From Octopus bimaculoides (lineage: Eukaryota), in assembly GCF_001194135.2 (NCBI RefSeq), contig NC_068998.1, forward strand, positions 27,874,342 to 27,938,341: a DNA stretch of 64,000 nucleotides. Direction: 5' to 3'. A program made the position numbers and the translations under genes. This document shows, one piece after another, positions 1 through 11,999 of the stretch. The first letter of the stretch is position 1. The number at the start of each line of letters is the position of its first letter. The notes under the pieces are model-generated. The model was not told the origin of the DNA. It did not search any database and saw only the letters and a list, made by a program, of their open reading frames with translations.

Positions 1-59
1 TAGTTTCTAAATGAAGACATTAATAGAATGCTCCTGAAAAGCAGAAGGTTTGCTAGTTG

Positions 60-1720
60 TGTGTTTCTTTTTTTAATTCTCTGGGGTATTTTCATATAAC
101 AGGGATTGGTTTTTAACTAGAACACAATGATCCATCGCTTACATAACAAGTTAAGAGTTGTATGTCAAATTTTTGAGGATCTTATGTATTGTCACTGTTC
201 CGCTTATTGATTGAATTTGAAGAATACGTGTTAGATGTTGTCTTTCTTCGGTTGAAAAATCTCAGGCTTTCCGAGATTGCTTATTAAACTTTTTTAATAC
301 AATACTAAGTAATATTGTATGCGTGTCGAATATATAATTTTATAGACACCAATGCAGAAGCATAATCTGGGCTAAGAATATGTAGGTTGGAGCAGTTGAT
401 CTTAAATGCTTATTTTTCTCACTAATTTTCAATGAAATATTCACATCAACTGGGTAAATGATCTTCACATCAGTCCAAACATTTTTGTTTTCTGTCCTGA
501 ACAATGTTCCTTGTATTGGAATATATAAATGTATTCCATATCAGAAATAATGTTTGTCCCAAATCAGTCCTTATTATGGAAGGGATTGCACATTGTTTTA
601 GCAATGACCTATTTTGCATACGAAGGTAGTACCTCAGAAGACATCTTAGGTGATCTTTCGGTCATTACCTAATATTCATAATCAGAGGTGACGATAGGCA
701 CGAAAACTAAATTGAAGATAACAAGTTCGGCTTCTTTTCTACTTTTGCCTTTTCTGAAGATCGAATGCTGGAGTTGGCGCATTAGCAATTCTAGCATCCA
801 GTTCAGCCTCCAGTTTCCCATCACTCGTGAATATGGCTCGGAAATACTTAAAATCCACTTGCCTCTCTGATGTTCCACTAACATGCAGAGTGCACTGAGA
901 AGACTTTCCTGAGAGGATTAATGTTTCAGTCATCGTAATACTAATTCTCATTCCTGCTTTGCAACACTCGTCAGCGTACCTATTGAGTGCATACTGAAGA
1001 TTGCATAAGTAATACAATAGCACAGATATATATTTTGATCTTGATGCCTCGAATGTTCAGCACGTGTTTAGTAGTTATTTCCTGCTTTTGTTCTGAAAAA
1101 GCATAACCTTCGAAATGTGACGTAATGCAACAACCACGAAATTATCTACATTGGTGCCATTCTTATGTTTCGGGAAACTTACACTAACTTTTTGTTTGTA
1201 TGCAAACTGTTCCTATACCAAGTTTTGTTGAAATATGTTGCACCAACAGTTCTAGTGCCTTGTGGAATATTTTGAGGACTGAAAACTCTTCCAAGAATTC
1301 ACTCCTTAGTCCCTCTCCTCACATTTGAGTGCTTGGTTAAGTGATTTCCATTTAATGGTGTTGCTTAGCAGATATTTACCGAAGATATAATATAACGTTT
1401 CAAGACTGCCTGAAGTGATCTTAAACTGTTTCCTCTATATTTTTTTCCCTCTAGGAGAGAGTTTTCATTGTCACTCTTTCAGTGGAAACTTACAGCTGAT
1501 GCCAGGATTTTTCAGATTTTAATATCAAAGGAACAGAATTTCTCCATTGTCCAGCTAAGCAGCCGATGTCCTACAAAACATTGTGCACTATTATCTGGTA
1601 GTAAGAACTTAGCTCCAGTTGCCATATATTTTGAAAATTGGTTTATGGTCGCTCGATTATTTTTACAGCATCTTTGATAAATTTTCATCGATATCTAAGT
1701 ATTAGTAATACTGTTTGAAA
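60..1720 (-). mobile_element. Decayed R4/Dong-like non-LTR retrotransposon, 3' part (RT thumb, linker, RLE endonuclease), interrupted by an RTE fragment
   Basis: Minus-strand peptides LSWTMEKFCSFDIKI*KILASAVSFH (~1480-1560), ITSHFEGYAFSEQKQEITTKHV (1061-1126), degenerate HNK-D-LIWDK (~555-585) and QHLTRILQIQSISGTVTIHK (181-240) match the copy at 55390-56800 (RKLIRRLQIQSIIGTVKICK). Many stops and frameshifts. Confidence 0.75.
645..1015 (-). mobile_element. RTE-clade LINE reverse-transcriptase fragment nested in the R4/Dong-like element
   Basis: LQYALNRYADECCKAGMRIS...FKYFRAIFTSDGKLEAELDARIANA then SRKEAELVIFNLVFVPIVTSDYEY*VMTER, typical of the RTE RT C-terminal region. Confidence 0.75.
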
Positions 1721-1879
1721 GGAAGAGAGGGGCTAGATTAACTATTTCTATTTATGTGTCTCTTTCGGAAAACTATGGACATATTGTCTGGCTACATTCT
1801 ATCCTTGCATCAATGTATATACATATATATAACTCAATGATTGTATGACAATTTAATTTATTTTATACAAGGGTGGACT

Positions 1880-1905
1880 CTGCGTGTGAGTGTGTGCGTG
1901 CGTTC

Positions 1906-1961
<56 letters not shown>

Positions 1962-1980
1962 ATCCGTGTGTGTGTGTGTA
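1880..1980. repeat. (GT)n microsatellite
   Basis: Direct reading. Confidence 0.95.
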
Positions 1981-2439
1981 TAAAAACAGAACGAACACAC
2001 GTACACACTAATCTGCACTTATTCTTTCGAGTATCCATATGCACATACGTACACGCGCACATACATACATGCGCACACATATAGAAAGACACACAGAGAG
2101 AAAGGCAAATACACACACAGAGACCAGTACATACATGCATATAACAAAAGAAAATGTTCAAGCGTCTAACACCTTTCCCGAGACAGCCTTGTATAAATAA
2201 ATTCTCTATTAAAATTAATTTCAACCCTCTTGGTAATGCGTCAACATTCGCTGTTGGTTTATCTCCCACCTCTGTGACTTTTCATAAGGTGACAGCCACC
2301 TTCAAGGTCTTGTCTAGGCTTGAACACGACATGTCAATACGAACCTGTGAATATATAATGAAGGGCAGAGTGAGAAGAGAATAACGGGTGTGTTGATAGT
2401 GAATATAGAGTGAAGAGGTGGAAATGATCTGTTAATGTT

Positions 2440-2685
2440 AAGTGGATATATATTACAGAAACAATGAGCAATTGCTAGAAGATTGTTGAGTGAAACCGAG
2501 CAATCCAGTTAATCTAGCAAGCGGGAATTCATCTCACTGAGGGGTGTCGGTGCACAATAATGCCTTCGAGAGTAAGGCTCCGAAACGGCGTGCACTCTTT
2601 CCCGATGACCCCATAAGCTTGCAAGCATGCGGTATGCGAAGCTTTCAACTTGTAGATCTTGCATCTGCAAGTTGTTTACAAAAAA
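2440..2685 (+). mobile_element. Isolated 3' terminus (last codons plus 3' UTR) of a HERO-type element
   Basis: KWIYYRNNEQLLE resembles HWI*LKTDDEQWLE at ~6075-6115. 2551-2682 aligns by eye with 6148-6278. Ends in acaaaaaa. Confidence 0.7.
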
Positions 2686-2689
2686 TTTA

Positions 2690-4930
2690 GGAACTTGTAG
2701 TAACTACTGACATACCGGAAAGACAAGTAGACACCTTGGAAAGACAAGAGGACTGAAAGTAGGAAAGACTATTAACGCTAGAAAAGATTGGCGGAGGCCA
2801 CGGACTTACAATTCTCGCACTGTAATCTATTGTAACATCTACCAACGTGAATGATGGCCTCATGGTTGACAGTGGGAAGTCAAGAATCAGTCAAGTCCAA
2901 TGGTCAAACGGAAATAAACTTGGAACTGAATATGGCTATTCTTTCGAACACCAAACAAACTGCAAAGAACTATGGATGCCAGCTGTGTGCGTAGGACCTT
3001 TGCTACCGAGAAAGGCTGAAAGCTACATCAGAGAAAGACTTGTTGGAGGAGGGCAGAGCAGTCATCTGATTGTAAAACACGTGGCAAATCATCCCTGGAT
3101 GCATACCACTGCGGATCGGCAAATGCTACAGTAAAGACTACTTCCCAACAGAAAACAACAGGTTATGAGACTGTTGCATCAGACAGTGCTCACAAAAAAA
3201 CCGAAGGTTCTGAGGCTTGCTGCTAATGAAAAAGTAAAATATAAAGAATTTGGAAGCAAAGTATGCAAAGGTTTATATAAAATGACAGGATCCACAGTAG
3301 AGAAACTGAGAAAGCTAACAAGCTCAATACACAATTTGTGAATTGAACTCTTTAGAGTAAAAAATATGGAACCCAATTGGCAAAAAGAAATAATGGACCA
3401 GACTGGAGGAACAGGAAAATGAAACAAGTGAGAAGCGATGGCGATGTGCGGAGGAAGACGAAAAACCTAACCTCGCGCTGCTGTGCGAAGATTAAAACAA
3501 ATGCCGCTTTTTTGCAACGAAATATCCGCTGATATGAGCGAAGAAAAGAAAGCAAAGGGACTCGTGAACAGTTTCTTAAGAATCTGTACAGGATACGGAG
3601 AAGATGTTCACTAACCCAAAGAGTGGCCCTTTATCGTGCACAAAAGGAGAACTGGATACTTATATCAAAGAAACCTACAGCAATCCAAATCGTAGTCAGC
3701 CACTACCATCTATAAATTAACTGAAGCATCTCTTAGAACTTGGTGTCGAATTTCAAATTGGAGACATCAAAGAGAAAGAAGTGAATGAGTTTTTGAGAAA
3801 AGTCAAAGCAAATTGTATCCCAGAAGGTGAAGGCATCTCATATAAGATATATAAGTACTGCAATCATCAACGAAAGAAGCTTTTTGTCTTGCTCCAACAG
3901 CTTTGGCACAAGAAGGCTCAAGTGGAGGATTGGTGTAAGGTAGAAGGCGTATACTTGTCAAAGGAAGTCAATGCAGAGACTATAAAACAGTTTAGACTGA
4001 TATCCTTATTGAATGGCAAGATTTCTATGGGCATCGCCTCAACAAGAACAGTGGAATACCTACAAAGTAATGGATATGTGGATGAATCTGTTAAAAAGGC
4101 TGGAATCCCTGAATGCGTTGAGCATTCTTTTTGATTTGAAAAGCGATCCAGGATGCCAAACAGAATAAGTTTGACTGTGATATGGTTTGATCTAGCTAAT
4201 GCATATGGTTCGGTGCTCACTAATTGGTGATGAGTGCCATGGACCACTTCCATATTCCGAAGAATGTGACAAAATTAATAACGATATGACAGTTTCGAGA
4301 TGAGATTTTACATCTGGTAACTTGGCAACAGACTGGCACCGCCTGGAGATTGACATTGCTGCTGGCTGCACAATATTCACGTGGCTGTTCCTAGTTATGG
4401 AGATGATTTTGAAAACGACAGACTTTTCGGAACAAACGGCCCATATACAATCACCTAAGAAGGCCTCCATGGATGAACTGACACTTCTGTCGATAGTCAC
4501 GCAGATCATATAGATGCCCTCTCAAGGCTAGATGAGCTGATAAAGTGATCAAGTACACGATTCAGGACAAAAATGTCGAGTAGTCTGACATTTATTAGAG
4601 AAGTGCAGAAAGAAGTAAAATTAAAAATTGCAGGCGAAAGCATTCCAACAGTCAAAGAAGCATCTGTTAAGAGCTTGGGATGTGTATACGCTGGAGCATT
4701 GTCAGATAAGAGTCGCAAGATGCAGATTATGAAACAAGCCGAGGATGGACTAACAGAAATTGGTGGCTCAAAGCTATCAGGGAAGTCTGCAGCTCGGCTT
4801 ACCTCTTTGCCTGAACAAAAGTGCCATGTGTTCATTAGAAAGTGGCTAGGGTTACCTCGGATATTAAACAGTTCAGCTCTTTATCGTAAAAAAAGGTTTG
4901 TTACAATAACTGCTGGCGCTAACCGTCGAA

Positions 4931-4964
<34 letters not shown>

Positions 4965-6280
4965 AAGGTACGAACAATGATGATGCTAAGGGAGTCAAAG
5001 AACATAGAAAATCAGGCATAATCCACCAGATGTAAAAAAAAAAATTTTTTAAACAGCCAGGAAGTAGAAAGAAAAAGCAGAAACTGATGACATCCTGTCT
5101 TCATTTGCACACTGAGATATACTAGGTGACACGCAAATTGATCGGTTCAGGCTGTTTCCAAGTATGATGCAGAGAGAACGCAGAATTGTTGTTAGTACCA
5201 GCGTCAAAGCAAGGGAAACAGAGAGAGAAGAGTTTCGTTTGACTCAATGCTTTCAACAAGGACAGATGAGAAAATAGGAGGAACACGTTGTTGAGAGAAA
5301 AATAAGTTGGAATGAAATAGGGAAGAGGAGTATATCACGTCTGAGTTTTCTGATTCATTCATCCTACGATGCCTTGCCATCGCCTACAAACCTAGTAAGA
5401 TGGAACGTATCAGAAAATGATATATGCAGATGCGGAAAAGTCGGAACACTGGACAGATATACATGGAGACACAACCTGGTCCTAAATATCCTCTCCAATG
5501 CAACAAAAACCAAATTGCTCTCATTGACAGTTGCAAAAAAAAAAAACAAAAAAAAAACACACAAAGGAAACCAACCAGAGATTTCATTACCTTCGTGCAT
5601 CCATAACAGCTAATCCGTTTGCAGAAGAAACTTCCTGTAAACGATGAAAAGTGGAACGGCTATTCAGAGATGATTGCAGGGTGCCACGGATTCTTTCTCA
5701 TTCCAGTTACGAAGGAACCAGATTTTATCATATGGTGTGAGTAAAAGAAAGTGGTAAAACTAGTCGAGTTAACGGTTCCTTATGAAGATAAGATTAATGA
5801 CCTGTAGGGACACCGTATTTCGTTATGCAAACATATCCAACACAGTATATGTGTTCAACTGTGTTAGCAGTGCTATTACGTCACATGAACACCGCTTGGA
5901 CTCGAAAGAGCGATCGTTATAAACATTTCCTCGAGGAATGTGAAAACGTAGGCTGAACCGCAGAGCATTCTCTAATCGATGTTGGATGTAGAGGATTCAT
6001 TACGACCTAACTCTTCGTCAAGCAGATACCATCATAAGTGATATCCTGGCTACAGTGGAGAAGGTAGGCCACTGGATTTGATTAAAAACAGACGATGAGC
6101 AATGGCTAGAATATTGAATGAAGCCAGTAACCAGTGACGGGGGCCGGAGCGCAATAATTCCCTCGAGAGGAAGGCCCCAAAACAGCGCTCATTTTTTTCT
6201 GATGACACCATAAGCTTGCTAGCATTCGGTATGCGGCGCTTGCAAGTGGTAGCACTTGCATCTGCATGTTGTTTACAATA
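2690..6280 (+). mobile_element. Full-length, decayed HERO-type (R2-group, RLE) non-LTR retrotransposon
   Basis: N-terminal finger CVRRTFATEKG*KLHQRKTC (~2985-3045); RT IPEGEGISYKIYKYC...QFRLISLLN and WFDLANAYGSV (~4185); LEIDIAAGCTI; YDALPSPTNLVRW...CRCG...RYTWRHNLVL; PDFIIWCE*KKVVKLVELTVPYED; DVGCRGFI. (TA)n insertion at 4932-4961 and a ~100-bp insertion near 5800-5895. Many frameshifts. Confidence 0.85.
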
Positions 6281-6304
6281 CATACATACATATATCTATC
6301 TATC

Positions 6305-6365
<61 letters not shown>

Positions 6366-6580
6366 NNNNNNNNNNNNNNNNNNNNNNNNNNNNNNNNNNN
6401 NNNNNNNNNNNNNNNNNNNNNNNNNNNNNNNNNNNNNNNNNNNNNNNNNNNNNNNNNNNNNNNNNNNNNNNNNNNNNNNNNNNNNNNNNNNNNNNNNNNN
6501 NNNNAGAGAGGAGAGAGAGAGAGAGGAGAGAGAGAGAGAGGAGAGAGAGAGAGGAGAGGGAGAGAGAGAGAGCAATAGAT
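6279..6580. repeat. Compound microsatellite (TACA)(TATC)(TA)(GA) spanning gap 6366-6504
   Basis: Direct reading; begins at the HERO 3' end. Confidence 0.95.
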
Positions 6581-7199
6581 AGATACGTATGAATGTGTGT
6601 CGGTATGTAGTTAGGTAGGTCGGTACCTAGGCAGGTAGGCATGTATGTATGTGTGTGTATGTATGTGTGTGTATGTATGTGCGTGTGTGAGAGTTGTGTG
6701 TGCGCGCGCGTTATCGCTACTTTAGAAGAAAAAGATGTACAAAGTATATATCGTCTCTATAAACTAATATTTTATTGTTTTTATGTAAGGGATTTATTAT
6801 TCCTTGTCATTCTTTACTTATTTGATTCGAGACTGAGGATTGAAACCCATCTTAAAATTTTCAGCAACTTAAAGCCTTTTGATTTCTCATTCCTTCACTG
6901 ACTCCATTTATTATTATTTATTATTTTTATTACTATATTAAAAACCAACAACAGAAAGCAACTTTGTCTTTTCTAAGCCAGCTATTCAAGAAATTATTAA
7001 GTAAATAACTATTTTATCACTTTATCAACCGATGAAGAGAACTAAAGATGTTTCTGCTTTTAGAAAATAAAAACTGGAGATAGTTTCCAAACCCGAATCA
7101 TCATCAAATATAAGTGATTTTTCAACTTTAAAAAATTTACCAGCTTCATGCGATAAACAGCGTGGCAAAGAAACTTTCCGATTGTCAGTTTAAACGATT

Positions 7200-8720
7200 T
7201 TGACCAACGACCACCAAACAATTTTAACGATGACTTCTGGATTTTACTGGTTCGTCGATATTTGTCCGTGGTTGAACATCTAAATTTTGATTTCGGTTGA
7301 ATGATGTCTCAAGGCGCATCAACTATAATACAAACTAGAAAACTTACAAGCGAAAAGATTTTTAAATTCTACCGTTTGGTAGATTTCGGGGAGTGTTGAG
7401 ATAGTAGATGACCTTTATAAGGAATGATCTTATAAGGTGGATGATCTTCATAATGAAGCTCCTTATTGCTTTTGTTGCAGACTGTTTCTGAGCAGAAGTC
7501 ACTGAAATTTCATTTCTAGGGATGGATTCAACAAGTGGAAATCGAGTCCTAATCCAACATACGGAAACCAAGTCTTTGAATGTCCGTGCATAAATCTAGT
7601 AGAACTGATGCTTGGACTTACGATGGAAAGATTTGGTAATTAGGTTTGTTTGTGGAGCAACAATTGATAAACAAAAACGGAAACTGTTGGAAACGAAATG
7701 AAGATAGCCTCTTTTGGCATCATTAGATTCTTAAGCAGAATTCATCTTTACGATATCATAAAGAAGGAATTTATTATGAAATTGATGCTGAACCTAAAGC
7801 ATTAGAAAATAGAAGTTAGTTTATTCACAATTGTTGTTAATGTTGCCAGTTGTGACGAGGGTTTTATGGATTAAGACTGACAACGAGTTACTTAAGATTG
7901 ACTATGAACCTTCAGATTGAGATATTTTTCTTTACTTTCAAGAACAACAATTGAGAGGCGAAATAAGCAATGTTATGGAAGATTTTGTTACAGTATTACA
8001 ATATTGTGTTACAGTGTTACAATATTTGGGACCTAATTCCCATGACAATACTTTTGAATAAAACTGAAAAATTNNNNNNNNNNNNNNNNNNNNNNNNNNN
8101 NNNNNNNNNNNNNNNNNNNNNNNNNNNNNNNNNNNNNNNNNNNNNNNNNNNNNNNNNNNNNNNNNNNNNNNNNNNNNNNNNNNNNNNNNNNNNNNNNNNN
8201 NNNNNNNNNNNNNNNNNNNNNNNNNNNNNNNNNNNNNNNNNNNNNNNNNNNNNNNNNNNNNNNNNNNNNNNNNNNNNNNNNNNNNNNNNNNNNNNNNNNN
8301 NNNNNNNNNNNNNNNNNNNNNNNNNNNNNNNNNNNNNNNNNNNNNNNNNNNNNNNNNNNNNNNNNNNNNNNNNNNNNNNNNNNNNNNNNNNNNNNNNNNN
8401 NNNNNNNNNNNNNNNNNNNNCACGCTCTATCTCTTTCTTTCCTTCTCCCCCCTCTCTTGCTTTCTCCCCCCTCCTCTCTCTTAATGGGACGGAAACTTAT
8501 CTCCAAGATATGACGAAAGAGAACGGTTATGAAAAAGGGAGGATAATAGCTGTTATGTTACAACAATTTCTGAAGGTTTTGAAATAATTGCCTTTACATT
8601 AATACTTCTACAACGGTTTGAGATAGACTATGTAGTCACCCGGCCTGTTACAAACAAATCTATCTCTTTAAAGAAAGCAAAGGACATATTAGATAAAGTG
8701 GTCGCAGCGAGAACATCTTT
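7200..8720 (+). mobile_element. Decayed hAT-type transposase with TTF-type zinc finger, split by gap 8074-8420
   Basis: APYCFCCRLF (7458-7487), DGFNKWK (7521-7541), IIRFLSRI (~7720); weak downstream similarity after the gap. No intact ORF, no TIR found. Confidence 0.5.
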
Positions 8721-9049
8721 GATCATCAGCTCTGATTCAAGGTTGAGCTAGGGTTAAACAGCAAATTTGCTCGACGAGCCAGTGAGAAAATATCTTTCTG
8801 TTAGAAATAGCAGTCAATTTTACGTCGAATCAAATTCTACCGTCTTAAAAAAAAGATAGAGAAAGACGTGTTGGATAATCTAGTCATAGATATACGATGC
8901 CTAAAAAAATATAAACGGAGTGGCCAAGGTTGGTCATAGTCTTACCGTGTGAAGCCTGATCTAGAGGAGGGTGGTTAAACTACACTTAAATTTGATCCCA
9001 GTTAAACAGAGTGTGTTATGAGAAGTGACTCTGCAAATTGAAACACATT

Positions 9050-9330
9050 ACCAACATGTATCCCCATGGTACACCAGTATTCTCTTTATCCTTTTCCTTT
9101 CTTTTTCCATCCGAAATCCATCCATAAGATATTGGTAGCGGTGACAATCTGTAGACACATCTTGAGCAATATCATCAACTGTCATCGTACACTGAAAGCT
9201 AAAAGAGATATCCCAATACTTCTTTTGCAATGGTAAGTCCTCAATTTCATGATGTTCGTCTGCCAAGGGCAACAGTATGTCTCCTTCAATAACTAATGTG
9301 CCTTCTTGCAGTCACAGAACTAAGGTAGCG
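9050..9330 (-). mobile_element. Possible Gypsy integrase zinc-binding-domain remnant
   Basis: LQEGTLVIEGDILLPLADEHHEI...KYWD...VDDIAQDVSTDCHRYQ resembles the H-H...DI...C-x2-C region. Weak. Confidence 0.3.
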
Positions 9331-9484
9331 GCTAAGGCAGTGGTTCTTGTCTACTGTACTTTCTTTCAGGAACAGGATTCGATTCAATGAAGAAGCCTTG
9401 GCGTGGTCGCCCAACCTGCTAGATATAGCGGCCAAATCACTATGACTTCGCCGGCTACGATGGCGAGGGTTCCAGTTTATCCGA

Positions 9485-9725
9485 TCAATTCGTGAAATTA
9501 ACATGCAAGTGGCTGAGCACTCCACAGACACGCGTACCTTTAACGTAGTTCTCGGGGAGATTGAACGTAACGTGCCACAGAATGTGACAAGGCCGGTCCT
9601 TTGAAATACAGGTACAACTCATTTTTGCCAATTTTTGCTCAGTAGACTGAGGCAACGTGAAATAAAGTCGAACTCTCGACCTTAAACCATGAGCCGATTA
9701 CCCTAACCACTAAGCCACGCGCCTT
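9485..9725 (-). mobile_element. tRNA-derived SINE (family C), internally deleted
   Basis: Reverse complement of 61210-61505 (gcgcgtggcttagtggttagggtaatcggctc...aattaacatgcaagtggctgagcactccacag). Confidence 0.8.
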
Positions 9726-10484
9726 CGACCTTCAAATACCGTCTTATTTAAGGTTAAGACACATTAGATATATCGCTAAAAAACCTGTAGTGCTTTCAGC
9801 ATGGGTCCTCTCGATGAGAGTTGATATGGGACTAAAACAATAGCAGCAGCAATTACAACATCAAGGAGGACCAATCGGATATATTTTCACTGTTGCTCAG
9901 CCGTACATTCTCTGATAACATTTACATATCTCTAATGTAATGTAAATCTATTTGCAAGATATGCTACCAGACTTATATAAGAACTCTGCTGCATCTGACA
10001 TATTGTCTAACGGGTTAACCAGAGTGACCCTGTACGGTTACTTCAGCTGCTATCTTTAGCAGCTAAATCTTACTCAAAGAGCTGCTAAATCTTACACAAA
10101 GAAGATCACATTGTAAATATTTGCTCTGTGTGACTCTGTGTGACTCTGTGTGTGTGTGTTGATAGGTCATGAATAATAAAGCTTTTGATCACATGCTGTT
10201 CGATTTGGGACTAATTTACGACTAAAAGTGTTGTTTGTGATGATAATTATGGCGGCGGCGGCGGTGGTGGCGGCGGTGGTGGTGGTAATGGTTTCGATAT
10301 ACGAGGAGGTGGGGTTGGAAATATTAAAAGACAAATGTTAATAATGGCAAAAGTCACAAGTATTCACCAAAATCTGTTGTGGAAAATATGTCATCTAAAT
10401 GAATGATAATAGAAAAGTTATGACATTACATTTGTTTCAATTCTAAAACTAAAAGTATTGCGACGAATAATTGTTAACATATAC

Positions 10485-10510
10485 AAACATACATACATAC
10501 ATACATACAT

Positions 10511-10562
<52 letters not shown>

Positions 10563-10738
10563 ACACACACATATATATATATATGTATATGTATGTATGT
10601 ATAATATATATGTGTATATAATATATACATAATATATATGTAAAGATATTTGTATGTAAATATATATATATATGCACATATATATACATAGATATAGATA
10701 TAGATATATACACATATATATGTACGTACATATGTATG

Positions 10739-10790
<52 letters not shown>

Positions 10791-10883
10791 TGTGTGTGTG
10801 AATATATACATGTATGTATATATGTGTATATTTTTACATAAATATATTATATATTACATAATATACATATATATATATATAAT

Positions 10884-10934
<51 letters not shown>

Positions 10935-10935
10935 N
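10485..10935. repeat. Compound (CATA)/(CA)/(TA)/(GT) microsatellite block
   Basis: Direct reading; runs into gap 10935-11066. Confidence 0.95.
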
Positions 10936-11999
10936 NNNNNNNNNNNNNNNNNNNNNNNNNNNNNNNNNNNNNNNNNNNNNNNNNNNNNNNNNNNNNNNNN
11001 NNNNNNNNNNNNNNNNNNNNNNNNNNNNNNNNNNNNNNNNNNNNNNNNNNNNNNNNNNNNNNNNNNTATACTGACATAGACGTACGCGTGATTTAAAAAG
11101 TAATATGACAATACTGTTACCGTTAGGCTCGGCTGTTCCACTGCAGAAATTAAAATGAAACGTCCTCTGCTGTCAAAAACAGTTACTAAAACTTCACAGA
11201 TCTTTTTTTTTTTTCTATCTTATTTCTTTATTTCTGAACAACAGTGCAAAAAACTAGCCAATGAATGGGAACCAACACCCAACCGAAAAACATGATTGTG
11301 ATATTGAAAGCTGTTATTAAATTGTCAGTTAGTCGGAAAGCAAGTACAATCATTGGCTAAGGAAATTAATTAGAGCCATGGTAGGAGGACTATATTCTAC
11401 CGAAATATTGGAATACAGGCAGATGTGACCTTTGTGAGAGAAAGGCTAAAAGATGAACTAATATTCCAATTATCAAGGAAAATTTTTCTGTGAAATAACT
11501 GAAGATGATATTTTGTATAATGACTGATGATATTTGATTTTGCTTTAATAATTTAGTGATTTAATATAATCTGATGTTAAATTTTAACAGGCATTTTATA
11601 TTTGACCACCTTCTAACATTTCCAGCTATCAAAATCATTAACCGAATAAACATGAACAAAAGAAAATGTTACGCAGAACTTAATTTAACTTGGCTGAATA
11701 TATTTAATACAGCAAACGTCACTAATCTAATGAGATATGATTATGTGTTTAGGTAAAAGAAACATTTGCTTAATTGATTAAATCATTTCAGTGAGTAATG
11801 GAGACAACAGAAGATGTTTAGGTTTTATTAAACATCCTCAGAGAGGTATAAACATGCTGAAGCAGTGACAAGAGAGAATCGCTAGCAACGATTACAGTAT
11901 TGTATTCATTGTCTCGTTTCCCGTCAACGGCAGAATACGTACTAACATGTGATGAGTTTCCTTCATAGTGTGAATCAATGTTATCGGACACACCTCATG

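Noticed and set aside
6131-6210. Hammerhead or canonical HDV ribozyme in the HERO 3' UTR
   Set aside because: The gaaac and ctgatga words cannot be arranged with a valid stem II and UH site; HDV P1.1, P4 and J4/2 are absent. Kept only as a pseudoknot candidate.
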